64,000 nucleotides of DNA from Octopus sinensis (taxonomy: Eukaryota), in contig NC_043013.1 in assembly GCF_006345805.1 (NCBI RefSeq), forward strand, positions 25,048,001 through 25,112,000. Reading direction: 5' to 3'. Below the pieces are notes generated by a model. The model was not told the DNA's origin. It worked only from the letters and a program-made list of their open reading frames with translations, and searched no databases. Made by a program: the position numbers and the translations under genes. Below, piece after piece: positions 12,956-26,590 of the stretch. Position 1 is the stretch's first letter; every line of letters begins with the position of its first letter.

Positions 12956-13072
12956 TGTAAGTGACTGTGCGGTGTATTAAATGAGTCATTCATTCGTCAC
13001 CTCTCCTTTCGCACGGTCGTTCTACACATACATGCACGCATACATACATACATACATACATACATACATACA

Positions 13073-13103
<31 letters not shown>

Positions 13104-13932
13104 CTTTTTATACCTACGTCATACCTAGAACCAACACTGAGTCGGATCTACGGTTTACATTAGATTTGGTACCTATATATATATGTGTGTGTGTGTGTGT
13201 GTTTATCACCCGATGAGACATATCTGCACCACTTGATGCTCCTGAACCAGTTGTTGAGTGTCCCACCCGTGAGGGATATGTAGTGACTTCATTTAGACAT
13301 AGATTCGAACCTGAATCGGCAAATTTCGACAGCATTTTTTTTTTCTCTCAGAAAAACAATGGTTGACAGCAGATACATTTAACATATGGCTTTGCCAAAC
13401 CGATTTATGTCTTTTCCACTTGAGCCTCCTAACCTTTTCTTGCCCATGAAAGTTAGAACTGAGATAACACTCCCAACGAAATCTGTTGTTCTCTGCAATA
13501 TACCTATTTTTCTAGCTAGTTTTGTATAGTTATAAATACTAGAACTCCGTAAGTCAAAGTCAATTAGTGAGAACCGACTAACAGGGAAGCTGGTTGAGCG
13601 ACTAAACGAAACGCCGTCTCTAAATGAAAAGGCACAGAGGGATAACCGGTAACTCACCAATTAAGCAGTTGTTTCGTCCCACCACTCTCACTTCCACTAG
13701 CTCACTTCCTCTTCTCTTTGACATTACTATCTTTTTCTCTGCTGCTAGAATGACGAGAACACAAACACGCCTATACAAGAAAGATCTACGATATCTCTCT
13801 TTACTTCACATGCTTTACAAATTATATTATACCAGCCCGTCGCGGTTTGGCTATAACAATATGTAACTTCGATCACTGTTCTTCTTTCATCTTGCACATC
13901 TGCAACATCAACATCCGTTACAACTGGTGACC
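12956..13932 (+). mobile_element. Putative LTR followed by a primer-binding-site-like sequence
   Basis: TGTAA...TTACA (13922) followed by ACTGGTGACC, where TGG is the complement of tRNA CCA. A similar TTACA-ACTGGTGA occurs at about 15811-15823. Confidence 0.45.
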
Positions 13933-14021
13933 ACTGGCTCCACCTAAAATACCGTTACAGATGGATGCTAGGTGTGTCGAAACAATTGTCGTATATTCTA
14001 TCTTCCGTCCTTCATTTACCA

Positions 14022-14027
<6 letters not shown>

Positions 14028-14087
<60 letters not shown>

Positions 14088-14122
14088 TATATTATATTAT
14101 ATTATATTATATTATATTATAT
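14028..14122. repeat. (TA)n plus (ATATT)n microsatellite
   Basis: Direct inspection. Confidence 0.95.
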
Positions 14123-17100
14123 TCAGGCTAATTCAATGGTTTGTAAATGAATATATTTACAAGTATTCATGATGATATCAAAAGATCGATCTTCGAATTA
14201 ATTTTAATCGACTAGTTGACTTTTAAGCTATCTAAATGTATACGCAATTGGAGTAGTATTAAAATAGCCCGCTGTATGTCATACTTAATGTATATACATT
14301 GTTAGTAGGCCAGTTCTGCGGTATTTGTCCTGAGGTAACATCTCTCAAGGATGTGCTATGTTAAAAGCAATAAATATTGGAAGGGAACGAAAATTCTTCG
14401 CAACAGCGACAAGTAAAAGCGCCAATGGAAGCGACAAATTGTTGTCCGTATGTGATTGGTTGCGAGTATGTTTCATTGAAAATACTTCAAAAGGTCGAAA
14501 TGCACTTGGTGTTGTCGCTGGACGAAGTGTGTAGTAGTTTACAGTTAATCCGTTAACTAGTATATTAGAAGGTAGGATTAATTTGCTCCGCATCAGCAAA
14601 AAGACATACGAAAGAAGGATTTCTCCTTAAGCAGATAAATAGCCCCGGACACCCCACCCAAAAAAATCACCACTAGAATCTGTCAGTGTTATATATACAT
14701 TAAAGCTTAATTGGTACTTGTTACTACAAATATACGTGGCGCTTTTGGTTGTTCACCATTTCTCGTCGCTTTTATTGGACTGGCGAAAGAGAGAGGAAGC
14801 AGTATTTGTCAGCGGTACACTGGCAACATAAACAAGAGCACAAAATTTTCTGACCTCTCTTGACAGAACGCAATCTGAACAAGCTGTTAGCTCCGTCTCT
14901 CTCTTTCCCTGTCTCGCTCTCTTTCCCTCCCTGTCTTCTTCTCTCTTTTTCTCTCTCTCTCTCTATCTCCCAAACTACATGATCTTTCTCACTAGATTCT
15001 TATGGAAATGTCTGAGAATGCAACTGATCAAAGTTTAACGATGCTTTAATAGCTAGTTCGATATTCAAATGTTTCAAATTCAAATACCGTCATCTATTTC
15101 GCCTTTTATCGGAAATCAGAAAACTAATTAAGATTCAATTGATTGAGCTATTTATTATACATTAAAAGCATCTATAAAAAAAAAAAGACAGAAAAGTTCT
15201 CTTTTATATTGCCTATCAGCCTAAGTGGTTAATCAACACGTACTTCTACATATTCGTAAAATTCATATTTGAATGAGACCGTAATTCATAGAGAGGACAA
15301 TATCAGTTTTCTATTACCTCATCCTTTAAAACAATGTTCCAGTTAATGTATGTTATTGGGGGTAGTGCTGTGCATATGAATGCATATGAATGCACCCGGA
15401 AAGTCATTGGGGTTATTCATATTTTCATGAAAAACAAGTTCTTTTGGTTCCCATGTCTAGTGTGATCGAGAAATGTTGCTGAAATAAAAGAATGGAAATC
15501 AACAAATGTAGTCTGTAACCTAATGAAATCGATATACAGCAAATCGATGTCCTGTTCAACTGAAATTTTGTTTTGTATTGACACTAGCTGAAACAAGAAT
15601 AGCAAACGACCTACTCTACTTATTCCTTGCTCGGGAAGGGGTACTGTAAAAGAGAGAGAGAGAGATGGGGAAGAACCAATGCGTGGCAAAGAAACTACTT
15701 TCTCATTAGTCCAATCAAATGATGAGCAACTAAGACCTCACTTGGTAGCATGGAAGCTGCTGCGTTATCCCCCCTTTTGATTGCTTGTAAACATCAAAAC
15801 AAAATAAATGTTACAACTGGTGAGGAAGATGTCAATCTGGTTGAACATGCCATGCATATGTGCACAAGACACAAGTGAATCTGCATGATGTGTGTACGAA
15901 ATGCCAGTGAGTCTATCCGATGTGTGTGCATCTATAAACTTATAGAAAAATTATAAAGAAAGGGTTATGGTGTTTTAGTATATGTACAAATACGAGTTTG
16001 AGTTTCTGGCTACTACGTGTTCTTTGTTGAAAATTGAGTTACTTTGTAAAATGAAATAGTTTGTTAATAGAGTTCTGTATTGAAAGTGCAGCTGCGAAGT
16101 GTGGTGAGTTTTAGTAACAATGTCGAGGTTACGGTAATTAACTCAAGTGTGTTCTTCATGTGTGCTCATGATAATACCTGCTAACTGGGGCGACGTAACC
16201 GGTGAGCTAGTAAACATTCTACATAGCTGTATCTGGGCATTCAGTAGAAACAGTATCTTGGTTGACATGTCATATCTAGTCTGCAAACCATTCTAGTAGA
16301 TAAATTTAGACCTTAATGACTTAACCTCTCTCTAATATAAGTTGCTGATAGGTCTGAAAGATAGTTAAAACAGCGAGGTCCTCCGAGTCATCAGGATGTT
16401 ATCAGTGAGAAAACAAATTTGTAAGATTTAATAGGGCTATGTGGTCGAGAATAGAAAACAGATTCATAGCCTAAGCGATATCATATCTCAATATGGTTAA
16501 ACAGAGTGTGCATACTTCATAAGGCACAAGTTTTAATGAAGCAATAATTTACACAGAGAAAAGTAATCAGTTTTAATTGAAACGTCCATTAAAATAAAAA
16601 GGTTTGATTTGACATGTGTTACTGAGTATATTCATATGTACAACATAGGAACAACATACGAATATGTTCGAAAACCTTGACAGGGTAAAAGTACCCAGAA
16701 TTCTGGAAACGAAGGACTGGATATAGTGATTCATGTGAAGAGGTGGGCATGGGATTAGGGAAAAGCGAGTCGTTAGTGCCTGAAAAGAGGCAACACGAGA
16801 CCAGACAACTTTGAGGTAGAAGAAAAGCAATAGAAGCAAAAATTGGAAATAGCATGTCTGTAGCTCGGAGGTTTGTTTCCAAGTTAGATTCTTTAAAATC
16901 GAAACGATTTGTAACAACCACTTCCTGGTTATTTCTAAGTATGCACACCGCAGTTTTCTAAAATTTTATTGTAGCTTCGCCTTTTGTTCAGAATGTGTCG
17001 TCTTGTTACCTGTCACATGACGTGTCGACTTCCAAATTTAAACTTGCATTCCGAATGAATACTTTAAACATGTGATATAATCTAAAATCACTATCACATG

Positions 17101-17737
17101 ATAAGAGCAAACTATCTTGCCTAATTTGTCTGTGCTTTTCAAGCTAAAAAGAAAAAAGAAAATGCACACACACAAGTGGCTATGAACCCCCTCCTCTCTA
17201 TAAGTAGAAGTGGTTCTTCCATTTGCTGCAGAAACTTCTCTTTGTCGGTATTGTACAAGGATATGAAACCAGTTTTTTTTATATATTACTATATCCTTCT
17301 GCCTATGATTAAGAACTTATGGACGACATTGTCGTATGCGCTTTTATAGGAACTCACCAAAAATGTGTCTTATAATATGTTCTTTTCCATACACACTTTT
17401 TTTCGTTGTCTTGCACACTCTTCTTTACAAATAATGTATACTTTGTATTACTTTGAAACATTCCGACCGAAATTTGTATAAACTTAGCCTTTACCAACTA
17501 TTGGCAATTAGGGCATTCTTTTTCAGTTGAATCGCTTATGTTTATGCATTTTGTGTGTGTGTGTATTATGTGTTCGTGTGAGTACTATGTCTTTTTTTTT
17601 TTGTATATATGTATGTGTTAATATGTTTTGTAAGTATGTATGTGTTTATGTGCATGTGTACAAATATACATACATGCATGCCTAGATATGCAGCTATGTG
17701 CATGAGTACACAGATAAAGCAAAACATACAAATCTGC

Positions 17738-17823
17738 ATACATACATACATACATACATACATACATACATACATACATACATACATACATACATACATA
17801 CATACATACATACATACATACAT

Positions 17824-17874
<51 letters not shown>
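17738..17874. repeat. (CATA)n plus (CA)n microsatellite
   Basis: Direct inspection. Similar tracts at about 13040, 20157, 25924, 56987, 59397 and 63892. Confidence 0.95.
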
Positions 17875-17876
<2 letters not shown>

Positions 17877-20196
17877 AAGACATAATACATACACAAAAAT
17901 GCATAAACATAAGCGATTCAGCTGAAAATAGATTAAAGAAATGAAGATTTTGTACAGAAATTTCTGAACGAATACTTTCATTATCGTGATACTTAAACCG
18001 AAAGACTGCCCAGCTATTTAACTGAATTAAATTATTTTAATGGAAAGACTCATCTTTATTGCCCTGTATTCTTGTGTCATTCATCTTATCTGACGCTCAT
18101 ATGGCTTACGACACGACACACTCCATAACGTGTCAGCCTGGTCTTGTTGGTCACCATTTTGTTATGATCTCCTTGCATCCCTACAAAAAATTCCCCCTTA
18201 CCCATTTCTGCCATACTTGACACCAGCCACTTCTAAGCATCCCAACATTTTATAGTCTCATGATTAATTGTCTAAGTGAAGGCCTCACTCCATCTGATGT
18301 TTCTTTTAACAAACCGGTTCAGCTTCTCTTATTCCAGTCAGTCTACTTTTATTTTACTCTTGTTAAATTAATGTTAACATATTTAGTACTGGGAGCTGCA
18401 TTCAAAAGCTAATTAGAAATAAGTGTGAGAAAAAATATTAGTCATTGTTTAGTATTGTTTTCATATCTCTGGCAATTACAGACCTAATTTGCCCCACGAC
18501 GTAGATGTAACCATTGACCTTCGACTGCTAGAATTAGCAATCAAAAGCCATACTCTACGTCTTAAAAAAAATGGAATACATGGTCTGGAAAAGACGTTAT
18601 GGCCATGGCTCGGGTGTCTTAGCATAGGTTTGCTTGTTCGTGGCTGACCTGAGCTAGGCAGCAACTTTAATGAGTATCTGTTCTTTAAAATAAAGAACAC
18701 TCACGATTATTTAATAAGGTTTACCTAATGCAGTAGAATATTTTACTGCAGCATGTCTCAATCAATATACAAACAATCTTCACATGTGTTTTTCATCTCG
18801 GGCTATCTTCAATGGATTTTCTACCGATTCATTGAAAACCTGTTCAACGTATAGGCTGCAACATATACGCAATGTATTCAACTGCTCCTTAATGAAAGTC
18901 CATGGTATAAGTAACAACTATTTGCAAAATTGATTCTTAGCATCAGTTGGTGTGCGTGCTTTTCTCCTCATTCATTATTTCCCGTGTGGAAACCTGAAAA
19001 TATTAGCTTCAACAAGTATTGTGTAAACACTGTCTAGCTTTAAGTTTACAAACAATAATGCAAAAAGAACAGAACCTGAAAAAGAAGACCAGTTGTTTTG
19101 AGGAAAGACAGTAGTCTACATCAGCAAAAATTATACTGTGAAGTTTGTAAGTTTGATGTCGTAGGGAGAAGAGAGATCTGACTTTCGGGGTGATTCCTTC
19201 GTCCGAGAGGGAGAGAAAGTTTGGATTTAAACAAAAGATTTAACTCTCACTCTCTCTCTCTCCCCCCCTCTCTCTCCCTCTCTCATGATGTCAGATTCCA
19301 TTTTCCATCACCGCTTACAAACTTGCAAAGTATTTAATAACATCGAAACCAAATATTACCGCAAGTTTAAGTTCCACGTAAATTTTCATTCACTCAGATC
19401 GATCCGACCAAATTATGTCATACATCTAGAAAAACGTCAAATCTAAGTTTAGAGTCTTATTCTTTATTTATATATATAACATATAAACATGTACAATAGT
19501 GTAATAGCTGTACAACAACATGTAGTAAACGAATATGAAAAAAAAAATGCGCGCTCGCGAACGGGGTGGGTGGGGGAGAGGACTCGGAAAGTTCACATCG
19601 TGAATGTTCCGAGTTGTCTCACCACAGCCAAAAAACAGCAAAAATATTGTAATAGGTGTAAAACAACTTGCTGTAAACGAATATGGAAAAAATACGCGCT
19701 CACGAACGGGGCGGGGGGACTCGGAAAATTCACATCGTCAGACCATGACCTTTAAACTCTAGCATTTGACCCGAGCAAAAAAAAAATTCTAATGTGTAAT
19801 AGCTGTACAAAAACATGTCCTTTAAACTCCAGCGTTTGCCCAAGGTGCCATGCAGTGGTACTGTACCTGGAACCGTGTAGTTTGGAAGAATATCCATTTT
19901 CTTTAGGGAAAACATCGAATCGCGTGAATTGTCCTGTTCCTCTCCCTCTGTTCTTCAGTAAATGTTTTCAACCATAGCCTCGGGCCAACCAACGCGTCCT
20001 TGGAGGCCGAAGGTGGCATTTCAGACTAAAAAAATATCTATGCTATAAACGAAGATGAAAACAAAAATTTGCGCACAAAATTTTCACGATTCTGTCTTCT
20101 ACATAATGGTATTCACAAAAACAATTGAAAAGTAGATGTTTGTAAGCCATTCAAGAACACACACACGCACACACGTACGTACACACACACACACAC

Positions 20197-20266
<70 letters not shown>

Positions 20267-20871
20267 CAGACAGACAGACAGAGAAATGGTTGGATTCACC
20301 ACAACATTTAAATCTCATTTCAATCTCAATAATTTTGTCGCTTTGAAACCGAGACTTGTTCACTGACAAAACAGATGCAGCACGAATTTTGCCGTAGTTT
20401 CAAAGAACGAAAATATTTAGACACAAATGAAATTTAAATTTTGCATTGAAAGTAACGGCTTTTGTTGTTCTGGAATTGCTTACAAACATCTTACACGCTG
20501 CAAATTCTCTTAAATATTCAACCTTTCCCTTCCCCTATTTACAAAACTTGCCACTCTTTTTCATTATTTTTTATTCTTTATACAGACAGTTCAGGTTATT
20601 AAAATATATTCCCTTTAACAATCCTTTAAATTGTTACCTTATAGAAATACTTATAACCAGTGCGTTGTCCATTTCTTGGGTACAAACAGCAAGTCCATTT
20701 CTTGGGTAGAAACAAGTCCATTCTCCAAGAGAAACGTATGCCACCACAACGAATTACAGAAATTGTGTTTTGAAAATAATTTATACATACTTCTGTGCGT
20801 GGTCCATTTCTTGGATATAGGCAGCAAGTCTTCATACATACATTATATATATATATATATATATATATATA

Positions 20872-21946
20872 CTAGCAGAGATATCCGGCGTTGCTCGGGA
20901 TTAAAATGGTATCGTTTGTATATAATATATTACAGTTATGTTGAAACAGGTGATATGGGAAAGAGTAGCTTTGACAACAAAACATTTGGGGAGTAAATGC
21001 TGAGCTAATTCGACTAAGCATTATGCTATGTGTCCGTTTGGAGTATTTCGGGCCCCAACCTGTCATGGAAAATTGGGAGTGGAGGTTATGTGATTTTTGA
21101 ACGCACCAAAAAGCTGTCAGTTGATATACTCTCTTTTGCAGCAGTCAGTGCTGTCTAACACGATCCATCATCTGAAATTTTAACACCGCTTTCGGGTTCG
21201 TTGTCCTACATCACGCATAAAGTAAATTTGGAGGAACTGTGGTTGTTCATTTGTGGGTAACATGGAACCTATGTGGTGATAGACTTGCTATTGAACTTTG
21301 ACGTCGGCGTAAATTCATGTTTATCTTCTTAGAGGCACCAAACGATGTCATTTGAAATGCAGAGTTGTATTGTCTGATATTGTTCAATAAATCCTTTGAC
21401 TGGATGGAAGTGCCTTCTAGAAGATCCATAAGAGTTTGGGAAGGAGCTAATAGTGCTGGCAATGTTACCTGACCGCCTGAGCAGCACATACCATTTGTTC
21501 TATTTGAAAATTTTAAAGTTCCACAGAAACGACAATTTGTGTTTAGCACACCAATTTGGACAGAGTTATCATTTTTATAAAAATGGGATGGATCATATCT
21601 GAAAACATCTTCACGAGTTGTGAAGAACGAATTTGTACGTAGTCTGTTTCTGAGAGCTATTCTATTGGACCTCTGTCTAATCATTAAAACATTGATTTAA
21701 TTGATCCAGCATTAAAGTGCTGCAACATGCATTTGCTGATCTTGAGAAAATCTCATCTCGCTTCTCTCTTCTGACTCGCGCCTTTGGTTTTCTACAATCA
21801 TCCTTGCTTTATATTTTGTTTCTGAGAGATTACGTCTTTTCTGTGTTTCTCTCGCCCATTCTGTAAAAATTTATTTGAAGAGAGCAGAAGAGAAAGTGAA
21901 AAGGACAGAGAAAGAAAAGATGTTTGTGCGTCAATATGAAATGGAC

Positions 21947-21978
<32 letters not shown>

Positions 21979-22267
21979 AAGAGAGTGACAAAGTGAGATA
22001 GAGTGAATGAGTGAAGATGTGTGTCGTGATGATTGATGTCTTTTAAGGTACACACACACACATATAGACTATGTGACGTCATCGTATAAAATGTTTACGA
22101 TAGTTGAGTTGATTTATGGAAAAGATTATGTTAAATTTTTGAAATGCAAATTGTGAATGGAAATTAAGTTTAATTTGTAGCCGAAATAGTATTAAATCTT
22201 TTGATATCCCATATGTCAAAATCTGTAACTCGTTTTGGAATGCATAAGGAATATACTTATATATAGA
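20872..22267 (-). mobile_element. Internally deleted Helitron
   Basis: Minus ORF 21247-21684 has the RepHel N-terminal motif CRFCGTLKF...GMCCSGGQVTLP...NIRQYNSAFQMTSFGA. The 3' end has the hairpin CCCGAGCAACGCCGG plus CTAG|T at 20872, next to (TA)n. The 5' TCTATATATAA end at 22267 is tentative. Confidence 0.85.
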
Positions 22268-22804
22268 ACAGATTTCTTTCAAACTGAAAGTATTACCTCA
22301 CATTACAATTGAGACATCATGCTGAAATAGTGTACGAGATAAGAGATTGCATATGGCAAAAAATTGTAAATTTTTGTGGCCCATAGCACTGCATAGACGT
22401 TGGTTCTTGTATTTGACGCCTGTTACTTTATTTTATTTCGAGTTTATGTATATATGTATGTATAAGCCAATGGGGGAGAGCTCTAAATGGTAGGTAGAGG
22501 TAGCTAGACCTGGTAGAAATAACAGCCAAATCTCCCTCAAAACATCCTACTGTCTTAATCCGACAATTCTGCCTATTATGTAGTTTTAATGATAAACTGT
22601 AACTAAAGATTAAGATTATTAATCCCCAAATTTCAAGCGTTTTAATAGCAATTAATTTTCTCTTTTTTTTTTTTTTTGCTTAATTAAAATGGTTGCCTTT
22701 TCCTCGTAGTTTTTTTTATGTCAGGTGTAAAGGTGAAGAGGGTTAACTTGAACGGGGTTAAGTAATAGAGATGTTTGGTGATTGTATGTGGTTGTTACTT
22801 TTCA

Positions 22805-23408
22805 CCAGCATCGGTTGCTCGCTCCAGCGCCATCCATTTTCGGGGCCGGTCGATTCGGCAGGTAAGTTGTTACACACTCCTGAGCGAATTTCCGACTTCC
22901 GTCGCACCGTCCTGCTGTCTATATCGACCGACACCCTTTCGGGGATCTAATGCCGAAGCCGGTCGTTCGGTTCATCCCACATCACCAGATCTGCTTACCA
23001 AAAGTGGCCCACTTGGCACCGTGCATTCGTCACGTCGCAATGGCTGTGATATACGGCTGCCTCCGATAGGGAGAGGAGAGGCCCGTTTCGTCCGTTTTGA
23101 GTTCGAGAGTAGATCGAGGCTGTCAATGTCCCCTGGGCCTCCAATCATTCGCTTTACCGGGCGGAATTGCGAGTCGTTCTCCCGCTAGCGCCAGCTATCC
23201 TGAGGGAAACTTTGGAGGGAACCTGCTACTAGACGGCTTGATTGGTCTTTTGCCTCCACACCCGGTTGCGATGATCGATTTGCACGTCAGAGGTGCTTCG
23301 GACTTCCAGAGTTTCCTCTGGCTTCGTCCTGACCGGGCGTGGATCGCCATCTTTCGGATCCCCAGCCGCCTGTTACACCTGAGTCGGAACGGGAAAGCGA
23401 CGATGCGC
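22805..23408 (-). pseudogene. Isolated 28S rRNA fragment (about 600 bp)
   Basis: Reverse complement of conserved LSU motifs: CGCTCCAGCGCCATCCATTTTC, GTTGTTACACACTCC, CTGCTTACCAAAAGTGGCCCAC, CTATCCTGAGGGAAACTT, GATCGATTTGCACGTCAGA. No flanking rDNA. Confidence 0.92.
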
Positions 23409-23660
23409 AGAAGTATCCAAAGAGCATTTGAAGCACATAATGCTTTATGAGTACAAAAAGGGAAACTCTACAGCCGACGTGACTCGAAGCATACACTCAG
23501 TTTATGGGAAAGAATGCCTGAATGAAATAAATTGCAGAAGATGGTTTGTAAAATTCAGAAGTGGAGATTTCAGCCTTGAAGATGAAGATCGAACAGGACG
23601 TCTAGTTGGGTTCGAGAATAAGTTCCTTGGGGCATTACATGAAGAACCCGGAACCATGTA
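23409..23660 (+). mobile_element. Mariner transposase N-terminal HTH fragment
   Basis: EVSKEHLKHIMLYEYKKGNSTADVTRSIHSVYG...CRRWFVKFRSGDFSLEDEDRTGR. Truncated, with no DDD domain. Confidence 0.88.
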
Positions 23661-24115
23661 GTTCGTAAAATACCGAATAGTTTATAACATATTGAATGGT
23701 TCATACAGTCAGCTATTGTTTAGAATTCGTCATCAATTATCCCCTGATTGAATGATCATCCTTTTGTTGGTAGAATGTATATATTTATCAATACTTATAT
23801 ATTATTAAAAATATCTTGTAGTAATTAGCACCTTATTATATGTCCTAAGCTCGTTTTAATTGGATCGATAAATAAATTTTTGTTGAGTATTGCAGTCAAT
23901 CTAATCAACCATACACTGCCTACATTGAGGTTTTGTGCCTAATTAAGAAATGAGCATTTATAAATAATTAATTAAAACTTATTATAACAAAGGTAACATT
24001 GAAATGTAATCTATAATACAGAAGAGATATCTTTCTTTGAACAGTTACCAAGTTAATCTTCAGAAGTGCATCAGCACATCACTGCCATACATACATGCAT
24101 GCATACCTACCAACC

Positions 24116-24345
24116 TATTTCTTTACTACCCACAAGGGGCTAAACACAGAGGGGACAAACAAGGACAGATAAACAGATTAAGTCGATTACATCGACCCCA
24201 GTATGTAACTGGTACTTAATTTATCGACCCCGAAAGGATGAAAGGCAAAGTCGACCTCGGCGGAATTTGAACTCAGAATGCAGCAGTGAACGAAATAACA
24301 CAAAGCATTTCGCCCGGCTTGCTAACGTTTCTGCCAGCTCGCCAC
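24116..24345 (-). mobile_element. Full-length Deu/Nin-like SINE, tail type B
   Basis: Complete head to tail, flanked by a CCTACCAACC duplication beside a (CTAC)n tract. Confidence 0.85.
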
Positions 24346-24504
24346 CTACCAACCTGCCTACCTACAATCCTACCTACCTACCAACCTACCTACCTACCTA
24401 CCTACCTACCTACCAGGCGCAATTTCATCAATTTTTCGTTGGGAGGGCGCAAGGTCAGAAGGGAATACAATTTCAAGAGAAAAGGACAGAATAACATTAT
24501 TTAG

Positions 24505-25915
24505 ACCGAGAATGAAGGACTTCAGCCAGTTATGGAGAGCATCCTTCACACACACAGCATAGAGTTTTACCATGAGTCGTTTGTGTGGCACAGAGTTGAA
24601 GGCTTTAGCAAAATCAAGGTAGACAGTATCCACCCATGAGCCACCATCAGTAACTCGGGTAATGTCCTAAAAAAACTCGATGAGTTGACTACAGCAGTTT
24701 GAGTCAGGGATAAAACCAAATTGTGAGGGTCGAATAAGGCAGTGAGAGCTCCAAAAGTTCCAGAGTGTTTCTCTGCCGCAGGACTTCATCAGTTTTGCGA
24801 TGCAGCTTGTAAGGCTGACTGGACGGTAGTTGACAGGTAATATGCGATCACCTTTTTTGAAGAGGAACAACTCTGGCAATTTTCCAGTGCTCTGGAGTGA
24901 CAAAGTTAGAATTGAAAAAAGGAAGAGAGCTGGTGCAATAGAAAGAACCTACCATGTTTGAGAAGCAAATAAGTAACACCATCAAGACCAGGAGAGGCAT
25001 AGTTGCGCTTGTTCTTGAGGTGACGTCACAGCATTGTGTGTGTGAATTTCACAGATGTTACGGAACTAGATTTCAGAGTTGGTGAAGAAGGTACATTGGG
25101 ATTTTCAGCAGTAAAAATACGAGCATAGCATTCAGCAATAAGCTCAGCACATTCCTTGGGGGTCATCATTCAGTTATCCGACCAGTGTGGGGATTGTGAA
25201 GAGGGTCCACTGGGGAGTGAGGTCTCTGTTTTGAACGCATATATTTCCAGAACACGTTGCTGTCAGGGCTAGTTGATATACGTCGTTCAAACTCAAGCAC
25301 TGCCTTTTTTGTCACTTTCTTGAGACGGTTGGATGATCTGTTGCATCTTCTTCTGTTCTCATTTGTTCTATGCTATCTGTATTTCTGTTCAGCTTCACGA
25401 CGATCTTTCCTGGCAAGTCGAACTACTGCAGTCTTCCAAATTGCACTGTTTTTATTTCTAGAGTGTTTGCACGGTAGTGACGCTTCACCTGCTGCCCAGA
25501 TTGCACTGAGGATATTTTGGAAAACAGTATTGACGTCCTCTGAATCGTAAAATTCAAACCAGTTGGACGGCGTAACTTCTTACGGTAACAGTTCCAGTCT
25601 GCTTTGTTCCAGTCAAAGCGAGTGGTTTCAAGATGGTAGCGCTTCTTGTTTCTGCCTATAAGAGACAGATTGGTAATGATCACAGCATGATCGGAGTCTC
25701 CTAGAAGTTCTTTCGTCGTAACATTGATAACAGTTTCAGGAGTGGTAGTAAAGAGCAGGTCCAAAGTGTTATTACCTTTTGTGGGGAATGTGACTGCCTG
25801 GGACCAGTTTGCATCCAGCACTACATCAAGGAAATCGTCTGCGCTTTGCGGCCAACTAAAAGTATCCCATTCAATTTCAGGGTAATTGAAGTCACCAGTA
25901 ATGAAAATATACGTG
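24505..25915 (-). mobile_element. CR1/Jockey-group LINE fragment (APE endonuclease plus RT N-half)
   Basis: ITGDFNYPEIEW, NTLDLLFT, GDSDH; NYRPVSLTSCIAKLM, QFGF, VYLDFAKAFNSVPH. Frameshifted. A possible ORF1 remnant lies at about 26600-27060. Confidence 0.9.
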
Positions 25916-25920
25916 GCTGT

Positions 25921-25963
<43 letters not shown>

Positions 25964-25985
25964 CATACATACATACATACATACA

Positions 25986-26016
<31 letters not shown>

Positions 26017-26017
26017 G

Positions 26018-26048
<31 letters not shown>

Positions 26049-26067
26049 GTGTGTGTGTGTATATATA

Positions 26068-26109
<42 letters not shown>

Positions 26110-26156
26110 CACCTAGCAGTGTAGGTGTTCTAACACTAGCTGTGTGGTAAGAATAG

Positions 26157-26317
26157 ACACAGGAGTGGCTGCGTGGTAAGAAGCTTGCTTCCCAACCACA
26201 TGGTTCCAGGTTCAGTCTCACTGTGTGACATCTTGTGTAAGTGTCTTCTACCATAACCTCAGGCTGACTAAAGCCTTGTGAGTGGAGTTGGTAGGCGGAA
26301 ACTGAAAGAAGCCCGTC

Positions 26318-26349
<32 letters not shown>

Positions 26350-26590
26350 TGTGTGTGTGTGTGTGTGTGTGTCTTTGTGCTTACGTTTATCCCACCACCA
26401 CCACCATCGCTTGACAACCGATGCTGGTGTGTTTATGTCCCTGAAATTTAGCGGTTCGGAAAAAGAGATCGACAGAATAAGTACTATACTTACAAAGAAT
26501 AAGTCCTGGGGTCGATTTGTTCGACTAAAGGCGGTGCTCCAGCATGGCCGTTGTCAAATGACTGAAACATGTAAAAGAAGATAAAAGAGA
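26157..26590 (+). mobile_element. tRNA-derived SINE with internal (TA)/(TG) tract
   Basis: GGAGTGGCTGCGTGGTAAGAAGCTTGCTTCCCAACCACATGGTTCCAGGTTCAGTC head and GCTCCAGCATGGCC tail. A second full copy lies at about 61066-61476. Confidence 0.85.

Noticed and set aside
17566-17981. ORFs rich in CVCV, MYVC and HTHT (also near 13-14, 20, 26, 36.5 and 62 kb)
   Set aside because: Microsatellite read-through.
22775-23450. ORFs of 137 and 117 aa
   Set aside because: They are antisense translations of 28S rRNA sequence.
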